Virus genome (UHGV): UHGV-1352483
DNA from: a virus
Reading direction: 5' to 3' (one strand)
DNA: 64,000 nucleotides
Below the pieces are notes generated by a model. The model did no database searches. It had not been told where the DNA came from and was given only the letters and a program-made list of their open reading frames with translations. Every line of letters begins with the position of its first letter. Position 1 is the first letter of the stretch. Positions 10,377 to 20,095 of this stretch are shown piece by piece. The translations under genes and the position numbers were made by a program.

Positions 10377-13300
10377 TTATCTACAGTTCTTGATAGTGTC
10401 CACAAGGGAATCGAATGCTTCCTGAGTAGTTATTGAATTTATATCAGGCAAGTGATTGTTGGGGTCATTTATATATTCCATAAGCTCACTTACATTCTTG
10501 AATCCTAGTTCTTTCATTGCATTCCTGTTAGCTCTTACAAGCTTATTGAAGTCCTGACTTACAGAGGAAATCTGTAACTCCTTAGCACTCTTTGTCTGTG
10601 CAGGATTAAATGATTCCCCTAAACTTGGAACAGAAGATTTAGGTTCAGGAATTATAGGAGTAGGCTTAGGTTTTTCTTTCTTGGGAGCCTCAGGTTCTAT
10701 GCCTAGAATCTTTGCAAGAGCAGCATCTGCATCTTCTACTCCCTCAAAGAACTCTCCTTCAGATTCTTTTGCAGCTTCTTTAGCAGCTTCCTCTCCTAAC
10801 AGCTTCCTTATATCGTCCTCAGTAGCAGCTTCAAATATGGAATCCATAGTGTCCTTCTTGCTTCTTTTAGCTACATTCTTTGCTGCTTTTTTCTTTAAGT
10901 CTTCCAACTCTTTTCCTTTCTTTACCTTATAATTAACTACCCCATATTCTTCCCCATTAGAATAAGCTCCAAGATATAATGTTCTACTTCCATCTACAGG
11001 CTTGACAGTCTTGTTCTTAATATCATTCATAAACTTTATTTCATCAATGGTATTCTGGTCTGTTATCTGTTCAGTACCTTTGTAAACAGTTCCATCTTCC
11101 TTTAATATGAACCTATCCCCCCCATACATAATAGTAGAACCTGTTAAGGCATTATTTATTCCTTTTTTACCTGTATGCCCTTTTGGGGATTCATGGGTTT
11201 CATCAGGAATTGGTTCACCTGTCTCTAAGTCATTGATAAACATATCAAAGCTTGCATTAACATTGCCTGGTTGAAGTAAGTCAGTAGTCATAATATCTGA
11301 ATCAAGTATATCCTGAACATACTGGGAACTTGTCAGTTCTGATGGTATAATCTGGAATCTTAAATTGAGTTCATCATCCTGTAAAGCTGTAAGCAAAGCT
11401 GCTGCCTTACTCTGAGCATCCTGACCCTCTGCTATATTACTTTGGTATCCTGTAATAGACACTGAATCACCATTAAATAATATACTAGTTCCTTCTGGGA
11501 AATACAATACTTCTTCTAGGTCATACTTGGCAAGAGACCTCTCATAATCTGATTTACTTGAGTCTGCTACTGTCATTAAATCTTCAACTATCCTATCAAG
11601 AATAGGGGAGTTCTTATGCTCATTTATATCATATTCTTCTGCATTGAACCTTCTCATTTGTATAGCTTTGGCATAATATCTTCCATCAGCTTCCTTAGTC
11701 ATTAACCATACAGAACCCTCTCTTGGATTGGCATTATTTGTATTGATAGGAACTACTTCCTCATATTCATCAATACCAGGAGTCTTAAAGGTAGTATCAT
11801 TATAGTATATACCGAATTTCGGTGTTTCCCCATTCATGAATGCCCTGTTCAGACTTCTCTTTCTTGGGCCTTCAGTCTCAGAGGATTTAACCATTCTTCC
11901 ACTATATATATGCTTTATCTTATTTGAGAACTTCTTTGATACAAATGGAATCTCAGAAGATACCTCCTCAGTTTCATCGGCTATACCATCAATTATCCTG
12001 TTATAATTGGACATTGACTGTTTGTTACCAGCATCAAACCCTAATGAGCCTACAGCCTGATATAGTTTTCCTTCACTATCTCTGAATGGATTTATAGGCT
12101 TGACTGTCTGATATACCTCGGGAGTAACCTCTATTGCCAGTAGTATAATTCCCTTACTAGCTAATCTTGGGTCAGGATGTACTACATAGTGAATGGGTAA
12201 ATCTTTATTCCTATTGAACAGTTCCCCTAATGAACCGTTATCAACAAATTCATAAGCTCCTAGTTCATCAAGAGCCTGTACTACAGGATTATTTCTCTGT
12301 ACTTTTCTTCTTAAAGTCCTATCCTTCAATTCATTGAAGTCGTACTTTGTCTCAGTCCAGCTTCTTAAATATCCTACTCCTGTATTCCTCTTGGGTTCAG
12401 AGTTAGTTTCTGAATTAGTTCCTTCCCCATTCTCATGAGCAGGTGGCAGTATCTTATCATTATGTATTTTTTGAGCCAGTTTCTTTACAGATGGTTCAGC
12501 AGATTCCTTGCCTTTAGACAAATCCTCTTTACCTGATGCTATCTCTTTCAACTCATTTAATGGCTTCTTTTTTAAACCATCAATAAGTTTTTCAGCAGAA
12601 TTCTCTGGGGTTTTAACAGGTTTAGCAGGCTGTTCTTCACCCTTATTACTTTCCAGTTGTTCAGCATCAGGAGCATTTTCATCAGATGCTTCTGATAATG
12701 AGAACCCTTTCTTTTTCTTATTCTCTTTCTTCTTTTTCTTCAAGGGCTTCTCAGGTACATTATTATCAGGTTTATCTACTTTACCTGATTCCTGAATCCT
12801 GTTATATTCATCAAGGAGTTCTTTTAATCCCTTACCTACATCTTCCCCTACTTCCTTTATAGCATCCTGTATAATACCTTGTGCACTTGCAGCTGATGTA
12901 CCATTATCCAATGCATCCTGTACTATATTTCTGATACTTTCGCTTTCAGGAGAATTATCATCAGGTAAGAGTTTGGATATTTCAGAAGACATCTTATCCA
13001 AGCTTTCATAGTCTCTTAATAAATCTTTGAGAGCTAAGTTACTACCTTTTCTTATATTATCAAATACTTTAGGAAGAATCTCTGGGTCTATATCCTTTAT
13101 GGCTTCCTTGAACTCCTTTATATTACTTGCAGTATTAACTTTTGAAGTAGAATCCTCTACAATCTTCTTTGCCTGATTTTCTACTGCTGTATTAATAGCT
13201 TGCTGAATACTATCTACAAGACCCTCAGGATTCTTGGTATACTCATTGTATTTTTCATTGAACTGCTTCCTTGCTTTTGCAAGCTTATCCAAGTCCTCAA

Positions 13301-15425
13301 GCTTCTGTAATAAATCAAATTTATCAAGAACATAACTGTTCTCTATTGCCTTTCTAAGTTCAGCCATTTCAGACAAGAACTTCTTGCTGCTGTTAGCGAG
13401 TAAAGCTTGCATAACAGGATTACTCATGGAGGTTAAAGCTCTAAGCTGTTCTACTACTTCTGTATTTATACCATCAGAATTCAGCTTATGTTCTATTTCA
13501 GCAGCATTGGTATTCAATACTTCCTTTACTTCATCAGCAAGAGAATTAAATCTCTTATTCCAGTCCTCAGATTGGGTAGCTATCCAAGTAAGTTCCTCAA
13601 GTTCTTCATTACTTAATTGTTCTCCAGACTTTATGTCAATATTATCCTTTATTCTTTTATATTCATCAATTTGGGATAACATTTCATCCTTAGCCTTAGT
13701 AAGTTTTTCTGCAATCTGCTCATTGGATAACTGATTTCCATTTTCTATGAATGGGCCATTACCCTGTTCATCAGTTGTATTCTTTACAACTGAGGCAATG
13801 TTTTCCTCAGAAGTATCATATGCCTGTTCAATCCAATCCTTTAAGTCGTTTAACTTACTTGCATTATCAAACATGGCAATGTCCGATATAAACTGGGAAT
13901 GTTCTGCATTCTTGAATTCAAATTCATCCCCATTTATAGCAGCTTCATCCATATCATTCTGATACTTATTATGTCTTATAAGACCCTGATAATAGTTAAG
14001 GAACTCTGGAGAAGCAAGTCTATCATTAAGTCTGTTGATTAATTCAGTATCCCTTGCTAAATCTTCCCTATATTCTTTAAATCCTCCTATGAGACCCCCT
14101 TCAATAGTAATAGGAGATTGGGGATTACCATTGGCATCAGTTCTTGACCTGAATCTTGGCATCCCAAGTGCTCCTGTAAGAGCCCCTATAAAGCCCTGTT
14201 CCCATGTTGAAGGAGTCTCAGCTACCTGTGCAATACCCTCAGCTGATGCTTTAAGCCAGTTCATGGTTTCCTCTTCTGCTTCAGGATTTAACTTTGAAGA
14301 ATAAAATGAGTTTATATCAGTTCTGTATTTATGACCCGGAACTACATTTGCTACTTCCTGTTCTATCTCTTCTGCTCCCTCTGATAAAGGATTAAGGAAA
14401 GGTCTTGCTTTAGATAATGTACTTACATACTTTCCATCCCTTAAGGCTATTGAAACAGACTTTCTTGCAGTCTTGTATCCCCCTGAATATAATTTGGCAA
14501 ACTGTATGGTATTGGATGTAAGAAGAATAGGCATATTGAGTAGTAAATCAACATTACCCATTTTAGCTTTATCTTCCTGTATCTTTGCTATAGTCTGATT
14601 ATATGCATCTCTGATAGGAGCCTCAAGTTCCTCATACTGGGGAGTACCCTTATAAGGAGCTATTAATGCAAGCTGCTGTGCAGTCTTTTCCTGTATTTCA
14701 GCAGTTACGGCTTCTTCCCATTGGGTAGCATTATTCAGTGCTTCAATCTTTCCTTCACCAAATGCTGATATTCCAGCACCTACAAAGGATTTAATACCAG
14801 AGGGTATACCCCCCAGAGGTATTGAGACAACAGCACCAGCAGCAGCAGCTCCTGCTGTAAAACCTAAGTTCTTTATAAACTTATCCCCAATCCAGTTTGT
14901 AGTAAATATATTCTTATACCATTCTCCTGATTCATCATTCTGAATTTCTTGGTCAGTCATATAATTAGGCATAGCTTTTTCTGACCATTGGTTAACAGCT
15001 TCCATAGCTTTACCAAAGTCATTATCCCATAAACCAGACCATTTTTGCTTATCAATGGCATTGAGTGCTCCCAGTACATTACCGACTGTTCCATTAAGGA
15101 ATGTAGTACCTGTAAGGACTAATGCCTTACCAGTACCATATGCCAGCTGCTCATACCAAGGTTGTAATCTTCCTCTAGTATCAGAAAGGTTATCAAGTTC
15201 TGTAGCTGATGTAATCTGTTCATCAAGATGGGTATCATTCAAACCTGCAAAACCAATCTCCTGCATAGGAGATGTTTCCAGATTCTGTCTTTGCATTTCC
15301 TGAGCAAAAGAACGTCTTGGGGGATTAGGGGTTTCAACATACCCCTGATTCCCAAGTTCCCTTTCCATTCCCTCTGCTCTATTTATTCCCTTTAAGGGAG
15401 TTCCATAATCAAATTCTTCTGCCAT
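10377..15425 (-). CDS. Giant hypothetical protein (1682 aa). Candidate virion cargo, muzzle or ejection protein.
   Basis: 5 kb ORF. It contains a lysine-rich low-complexity tract (KPLKKKKKENKKKKG, nt about 12706-12745), acidic stretches and coiled-coil-like regions. It is the last gene of the minus-strand late block. Confidence 0.8.
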   Translation of the reverse strand: MAEEFDYGTPLKGINRAEGMERELGNQGYVETPNPPRRSFAQEMQRQNLETSPMQEIGFAGLNDTHLDEQITSATELDNLSDTRGRLQPWYEQLAYGTGKALVLTGTTFLNGTVGNVLGALNAIDKQKWSGLWDNDFGKAMEAVNQWSEKAMPNYMTDQEIQNDESGEWYKNIFTTNWIGDKFIKNLGFTAGAAAAGAVVSIPLGGIPSGIKSFVGAGISAFGEGKIEALNNATQWEEAVTAEIQEKTAQQLALIAPYKGTPQYEELEAPIRDAYNQTIAKIQEDKAKMGNVDLLLNMPILLTSNTIQFAKLYSGGYKTARKSVSIALRDGKYVSTLSKARPFLNPLSEGAEEIEQEVANVVPGHKYRTDINSFYSSKLNPEAEEETMNWLKASAEGIAQVAETPSTWEQGFIGALTGALGMPRFRSRTDANGNPQSPITIEGGLIGGFKEYREDLARDTELINRLNDRLASPEFLNYYQGLIRHNKYQNDMDEAAINGDEFEFKNAEHSQFISDIAMFDNASKLNDLKDWIEQAYDTSEENIASVVKNTTDEQGNGPFIENGNQLSNEQIAEKLTKAKDEMLSQIDEYKRIKDNIDIKSGEQLSNEELEELTWIATQSEDWNKRFNSLADEVKEVLNTNAAEIEHKLNSDGINTEVVEQLRALTSMSNPVMQALLANSSKKFLSEMAELRKAIENSYVLDKFDLLQKLEDLDKLAKARKQFNEKYNEYTKNPEGLVDSIQQAINTAVENQAKKIVEDSTSKVNTASNIKEFKEAIKDIDPEILPKVFDNIRKGSNLALKDLLRDYESLDKMSSEISKLLPDDNSPESESIRNIVQDALDNGTSAASAQGIIQDAIKEVGEDVGKGLKELLDEYNRIQESGKVDKPDNNVPEKPLKKKKKENKKKKGFSLSEASDENAPDAEQLESNKGEEQPAKPVKTPENSAEKLIDGLKKKPLNELKEIASGKEDLSKGKESAEPSVKKLAQKIHNDKILPPAHENGEGTNSETNSEPKRNTGVGYLRSWTETKYDFNELKDRTLRRKVQRNNPVVQALDELGAYEFVDNGSLGELFNRNKDLPIHYVVHPDPRLASKGIILLAIEVTPEVYQTVKPINPFRDSEGKLYQAVGSLGFDAGNKQSMSNYNRIIDGIADETEEVSSEIPFVSKKFSNKIKHIYSGRMVKSSETEGPRKRSLNRAFMNGETPKFGIYYNDTTFKTPGIDEYEEVVPINTNNANPREGSVWLMTKEADGRYYAKAIQMRRFNAEEYDINEHKNSPILDRIVEDLMTVADSSKSDYERSLAKYDLEEVLYFPEGTSILFNGDSVSITGYQSNIAEGQDAQSKAAALLTALQDDELNLRFQIIPSELTSSQYVQDILDSDIMTTDLLQPGNVNASFDMFINDLETGEPIPDETHESPKGHTGKKGINNALTGSTIMYGGDRFILKEDGTVYKGTEQITDQNTIDEIKFMNDIKNKTVKPVDGSRTLYLGAYSNGEEYGVVNYKVKKGKELEDLKKKAAKNVAKRSKKDTMDSIFEAATEDDIRKLLGEEAAKEAAKESEGEFFEGVEDADAALAKILGIEPEAPKKEKPKPTPIIPEPKSSVPSLGESFNPAQTKSAKELQISSVSQDFNKLVRANRNAMKELGFKNVSELMEYINDPNNHLPDINSITTQEAFDSLVDTIKNCR

Positions 15426-15435
15426 ATTATTCTCC

Positions 15436-17088
15436 TTAATCTATCCAAGGTACATCAAGTTTAGCATCAGTCTTACCCTGAACTTTAGCTTGAGTATTAA
15501 ATCTTCCATCCAAGAATCCCATATATTGCATTACATGGAAATTAAGACTCTTATAATCCTTATTCTTCTTATCCTCATTTATCTTATCATGTAAGCTCTT
15601 AAGGGTTCTGTCCTTATCATCGAGTACCTCAGGGTCTACAATTACCCTCTTACTTTCCCCATTATCCACATAACTGTATATTAAGGAATTAGTTTCAGGG
15701 TCTAACATCATAAAGCCTTTTTCATCCTTGATTTCACTTACTATCTTATCAGCTTCCTTCTTGCTTAACTGGTCTCCTTTTCTTCCGTCGTCATATTCAT
15801 ATAAAGGAGATTTCTTCTCATCAATGAGAGCTCTGGTATTCTCTCTGAATACTTTATTCAAAGGTTCATTGTCAGCTAAGTTTGTAGCATAGTTGAAGCT
15901 TCTTACTGCTGCTCCTTTAAGTTCATGTTCCAAAGCTGCAACTATCTGGTCAGGATTGGTAGTACCAAGCCTTGAAGTAATCTCTTTCAGCCTGTCGACA
16001 TTAGGATAATATTCTTCCCTCTTACCATCTAATCCAGTAGGAGCTGACATCGTAAAGCCACCTTGAGGGTCAGGAGAGAAATATCTTGTTTCAGGATTCT
16101 CCTTATATGCTTTCTGCTTAAGGATTTCCCCATTGCTTGCAGCTACTTCCTTGATGAAGTCTATATCAGACTGTATCCTTGAAGTATCTATGCTGGCATC
16201 AACCTTTGTCTTAGGAATAGCTCTATACGGCAATCTTGGACTATCTTGTCCCATTGCATTAAGTTTAGCCCTCTTTATCGGGTCTAAGTATTCTTGGTTC
16301 TGCAATGTCTGATACTTGGTTTCCCCTATGGCATTCCATAATCCCTGATGGGCAAATTGATAAGCTCTGTCTATGATAGCCTGATTACCCCAATTACGTA
16401 CTCCAGAACTTGTAATAGCATCTTCGACTATCCTTTTAAGCTCTTGAGGAGCTGATGGGTCATTAGCTGCCGAGAGTATAATTTCCTCAGGACTGTATCC
16501 TTGTTTCATCCTTGTTTCAAAGTATTGTCCTTGAAGTATCCCCTTCCATTTTCTTGGGTCTTCCCTCATTTCCTTTGCAAGATTTGAAGCAGCAGTACCT
16601 ACTTGTTTGCTTATTAAAGCACCAGAGTATGATTGATAGGATAATGAAGGATTCTTTATCAAATCATCAAGACTTAATGTTGAAGCATCAGTATTGAACA
16701 TCAGTGTATTATCTTGGGATAATGCCTTTCTCTGTTCATCAAGAAGTTCTTTTCTTCTTGTATAAGCTTGTTCAATAGGAACTATCTCCTTAGAATATCT
16801 GCTCCTCATTTTATTCATATTCTGTCTGCTGCCTGGACTTAATCCATTCTTAGCAAGTTCCTCAGCCTGTGCAGCCAAGTCCTTGCTATATGTATTATAT
16901 AAGCTGTAGGCATATGGGTCTGATTGTTCATTAGCCATTTGTTCCCACACACTTGCTTTAGTTGCAAGGTCTGCATATTGCTCTTCAACAGCTTGGTGGG
17001 CTTCAGTTGCTGCCTGTACAGGTTGAAGCATTTCAGCATAGGAGAATGGCTTGAACTTAGAGCCTATTACAATAGTATTTGCTGCCAT
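15436..17088 (-). CDS. Hypothetical virion protein (550 aa).
   Basis: ORF tightly packed (2-nt gap) between the giant 965-aa and 1682-aa genes. Likely co-operonic. Confidence 0.75.
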   Translation of the reverse strand: MAANTIVIGSKFKPFSYAEMLQPVQAATEAHQAVEEQYADLATKASVWEQMANEQSDPYAYSLYNTYSKDLAAQAEELAKNGLSPGSRQNMNKMRSRYSKEIVPIEQAYTRRKELLDEQRKALSQDNTLMFNTDASTLSLDDLIKNPSLSYQSYSGALISKQVGTAASNLAKEMREDPRKWKGILQGQYFETRMKQGYSPEEIILSAANDPSAPQELKRIVEDAITSSGVRNWGNQAIIDRAYQFAHQGLWNAIGETKYQTLQNQEYLDPIKRAKLNAMGQDSPRLPYRAIPKTKVDASIDTSRIQSDIDFIKEVAASNGEILKQKAYKENPETRYFSPDPQGGFTMSAPTGLDGKREEYYPNVDRLKEITSRLGTTNPDQIVAALEHELKGAAVRSFNYATNLADNEPLNKVFRENTRALIDEKKSPLYEYDDGRKGDQLSKKEADKIVSEIKDEKGFMMLDPETNSLIYSYVDNGESKRVIVDPEVLDDKDRTLKSLHDKINEDKKNKDYKSLNFHVMQYMGFLDGRFNTQAKVQGKTDAKLDVPWID

Positions 17089-17089
17089 A

Positions 17090-19987
17090 TTATCTCCTCC
17101 TTCTTCCTTTAGTTAATAAATATCCACCATTCTTTCCTTCTTTCTTACCTGTAGATTTAGAATCCTCAGTAGGTTTATTGGTATAAGTTATATTACCCCT
17201 ACTGTCTACAGTATAATATAATCCAGGGTTGGTTTTAATCATATGCCTTGCAAATTCCTCTCTTCCTATATCTCCTAATGAATCAAAGAAGTTGGTGAGG
17301 TTAGCACTTCTTGATGCTGAAACTCTTGCATCAATTCCTTCTCTCATTTGAGCTCCTGCAAGTGCAGATTGTACCCTGAGTTTATCATTTTCCTTATTAG
17401 CCATTTCAGCTTTTAAAGCTCCCTCAGAGTTGAACTGATTAGTACCTCTGTTAAATCCTTCAACGAGTTGCCTTTGGTTAAGGTTATATTCTTCCGCTTG
17501 TCTTGCAAGGTTTCCTAATCCCTCATTATAATTATAGTCTGCTGCAAGTATTCCAGCTGTAGCTGTAGCCCTGTTACCATTTGATTGGTTTACTACTGCT
17601 CTTCTTGTTGCTCCTGCATTTCCTGCTAACTTATTAAGATAGTAGTTCCTATCCAATGGTTTGTATGTCAAATAATTCCCTACTGGATTAAAACCTACTT
17701 CACTAAGATTATCAGTTGAATGCTCTATTCTTTCAGCATTACCATAATCAGGTTTTGTCAGACTGGTAATAGCTCCTATTCCAGCTCCTAATACAGGTGC
17801 ATATCTTAGGGAGTCAAGTCCAATACCCCAGCCGTCTTTCTTTGATTTAGCAGGTAACTTTATATCAGTATAGGTTTTGTCCATATCTATTGGGTCTCTA
17901 TCCCTTCTTGCAGCAGCTCTTGCTTTAGTAGGGCCACCTTCATCAAACCTATTACCACTTTCAGCTTCCCTTATGTCCTCTTGAGCAGCTACAAGCCTAG
18001 CCATTCCAGCTGCAAGTCCTCTCTTACTTATAGGGTCATTTGGTCTTTCCTGAGATTCTTTTTGAACACTCTTTGCTGCATCTGCAAAGGTATTACCTCT
18101 TAATTTATATTTCTTTTTCACACTATCTGGTACTGTTAATCTATTACTGAATACATAATCATTGAATACTACTTCCCCTTCTTCTACAAGGTTAGGAGTA
18201 CCTTGTTCATCTACTCCTATCTGTACTCCATCATTAGGGTTTTCTTCATGGGTTCCCCCATTATCTATGAAGATTACTCCATTTGAGAAGTCTCCACCAT
18301 GTGTTCCAATGGCTCCTCCGAATGCTTTTTGATTACTCTCATACAGAGTATTCAATCCAGTTATTGGAGGAGTAGGAAATCCCTCTGTAACATTTCTCAT
18401 TCCCAATCCTGGATAATGCCTATAATATTCAAATGCAGAAGATGGTGCTAAATTAGGCTGACCATTTACCAGTGGGGTAGTTCTCACATAGGCTTCCTTA
18501 ATATCTTTTACATCAGGTCTGAATCCACCATGTTTAGTTATAGGCATCCATTCCAGACCTGGAGAATTTCCACCAACAATTATATCATATTGGGGGTCTC
18601 TCCCATACCATAAATTATCTTCAGAAAAGAATGGAACATCAAAGTTAGTTTTCCTTTGTAATTGGATACCTTTTTTAGGAGCTTCTGTTATCGTAGGAGG
18701 TTTAGTATCAATAACCCCTTTGCTCTTAGCTCTTTCAATTCCTTTATCAATCTTTCTTACTTGTCTATAGTATTTTCCACTTTCTGTATTTACTTTTCCA
18801 TTTCCTTTCAGGAAACCTTTTGGAAGATTATTAAGACCTCTAAGCCCTGTTAATATATCAAACTCAGGACTTACAATCTCTAAAGGTAAATCCTTGTTTA
18901 GCATATCACTATTAGCTAAAGCCATCTGTTGTTCTTGGGTCAAATCAGAATATTTAGTTCCAGCAGGGACTCTTACTCTGTCTTTAGAGGATATGACCCT
19001 CTCTATAGGTTCATCAATTGAAGGAGCATAAGACTGTATGTTATCTCCTTGTATAACATAGTTATCTTCAAGAGGGCCTCCTTCTGCATGGTTCCAACCT
19101 CTTGCATTCTGAGCAAATGTAGCTCTCTTTCTTACAGCAGGAGAAGAACTTCTTTTACCTCTTGCTATACATTCAGAAGTTACCCTACCCCCACAGTATT
19201 CTGTAAATTTACCCCTATTGGCTTTCTTAATATGTATTCCCCCACCTTTGGCAAACCTATTACCAAAAGGAGACATTGTTCCTGTATAATTCATAGATAT
19301 TGGCCCTCCATATGCTGCATAGTTAGCTTCTGCATCCCAATTTGATTCTGTACTTAAATTGTCAGCAGACATATTGAAAGCTGATACAGCCCTCATATTA
19401 GCATCCTTTATTTGTTTATTAAGCCTTGAAGCTTTCTTCTTTGCTTTCCTTCTTCCAAACAGATTGCCTATACCTGATGCAAGTCCTCCTATTATGGCTC
19501 CTACCCCTGCTCCAATAGGGCCGAAAGCCATACCAGCAGATGCTCCAGATAAAGCAGCAGTACCAGCTTCTGCTGCTGCCTGTCCTCCACTTTTTCCTCT
19601 TACATCCCTGAAACTTACATTATCCAATGTACTGAATGAGTTCCATTGATTAAGTAAATCATCTGTAGAATCAGCATCAAATGTTCTGCTTTTCTGCAAA
19701 TCTATCTTGCCTTCAATAGCAGAAGTATCAGCTATTTTAGCACTATCAGCAGCTCCCTTTGCTATATTTAAGGCTCCAGAGGCTACCCCTAAGGCATCTC
19801 CTACTCCAAAGGAAGACATACTGTTTGGTTTTGTAGCTTTGTAAGTACCATCCATTCCTCCTATAGTCAGCCCTTGAGTATTAGTAGGGGCTGTACTCAT
19901 ACCATAAGTAGACTGCCCTAATATAGAACCATCAGCATATATATTAACTAATCTGTTATTAATTCTTCTATATTTTTTCTTAGCCAT
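17090..19987 (-). CDS. Large hypothetical virion protein (965 aa) with a Gly/Ala-rich hydrophobic segment. Candidate ejection, membrane-inserting or tail-core protein.
   Basis: ORF. Residues about 133-190 form a glycine-zipper-like stretch (GQAAAEAGTAALSGASAGMAFGPIGAGVGAIIGGLASGIGNLF) followed by a basic RRKAKKK. Confidence 0.75.
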   Translation of the reverse strand: MAKKKYRRINNRLVNIYADGSILGQSTYGMSTAPTNTQGLTIGGMDGTYKATKPNSMSSFGVGDALGVASGALNIAKGAADSAKIADTSAIEGKIDLQKSRTFDADSTDDLLNQWNSFSTLDNVSFRDVRGKSGGQAAAEAGTAALSGASAGMAFGPIGAGVGAIIGGLASGIGNLFGRRKAKKKASRLNKQIKDANMRAVSAFNMSADNLSTESNWDAEANYAAYGGPISMNYTGTMSPFGNRFAKGGGIHIKKANRGKFTEYCGGRVTSECIARGKRSSSPAVRKRATFAQNARGWNHAEGGPLEDNYVIQGDNIQSYAPSIDEPIERVISSKDRVRVPAGTKYSDLTQEQQMALANSDMLNKDLPLEIVSPEFDILTGLRGLNNLPKGFLKGNGKVNTESGKYYRQVRKIDKGIERAKSKGVIDTKPPTITEAPKKGIQLQRKTNFDVPFFSEDNLWYGRDPQYDIIVGGNSPGLEWMPITKHGGFRPDVKDIKEAYVRTTPLVNGQPNLAPSSAFEYYRHYPGLGMRNVTEGFPTPPITGLNTLYESNQKAFGGAIGTHGGDFSNGVIFIDNGGTHEENPNDGVQIGVDEQGTPNLVEEGEVVFNDYVFSNRLTVPDSVKKKYKLRGNTFADAAKSVQKESQERPNDPISKRGLAAGMARLVAAQEDIREAESGNRFDEGGPTKARAAARRDRDPIDMDKTYTDIKLPAKSKKDGWGIGLDSLRYAPVLGAGIGAITSLTKPDYGNAERIEHSTDNLSEVGFNPVGNYLTYKPLDRNYYLNKLAGNAGATRRAVVNQSNGNRATATAGILAADYNYNEGLGNLARQAEEYNLNQRQLVEGFNRGTNQFNSEGALKAEMANKENDKLRVQSALAGAQMREGIDARVSASRSANLTNFFDSLGDIGREEFARHMIKTNPGLYYTVDSRGNITYTNKPTEDSKSTGKKEGKNGGYLLTKGRRRR

Positions 19988-20095
19988 GTTATATCATTTT
20001 GGTTACAAAAGTAACTAATCTTTTTTACTTATCCAAACTATTATATAAAAAAGTAGCGGACAGATAAATTATTAATTTACCTACCCGCTATTTCA

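Noticed and set aside
10681-15303. Several + strand ORFs (83-116 aa) inside the 1682-aa minus-strand gene.
   Set aside because: Low-complexity Ser/Leu/Phe-rich antisense translations. Fully embedded in a long, clearly coding ORF.
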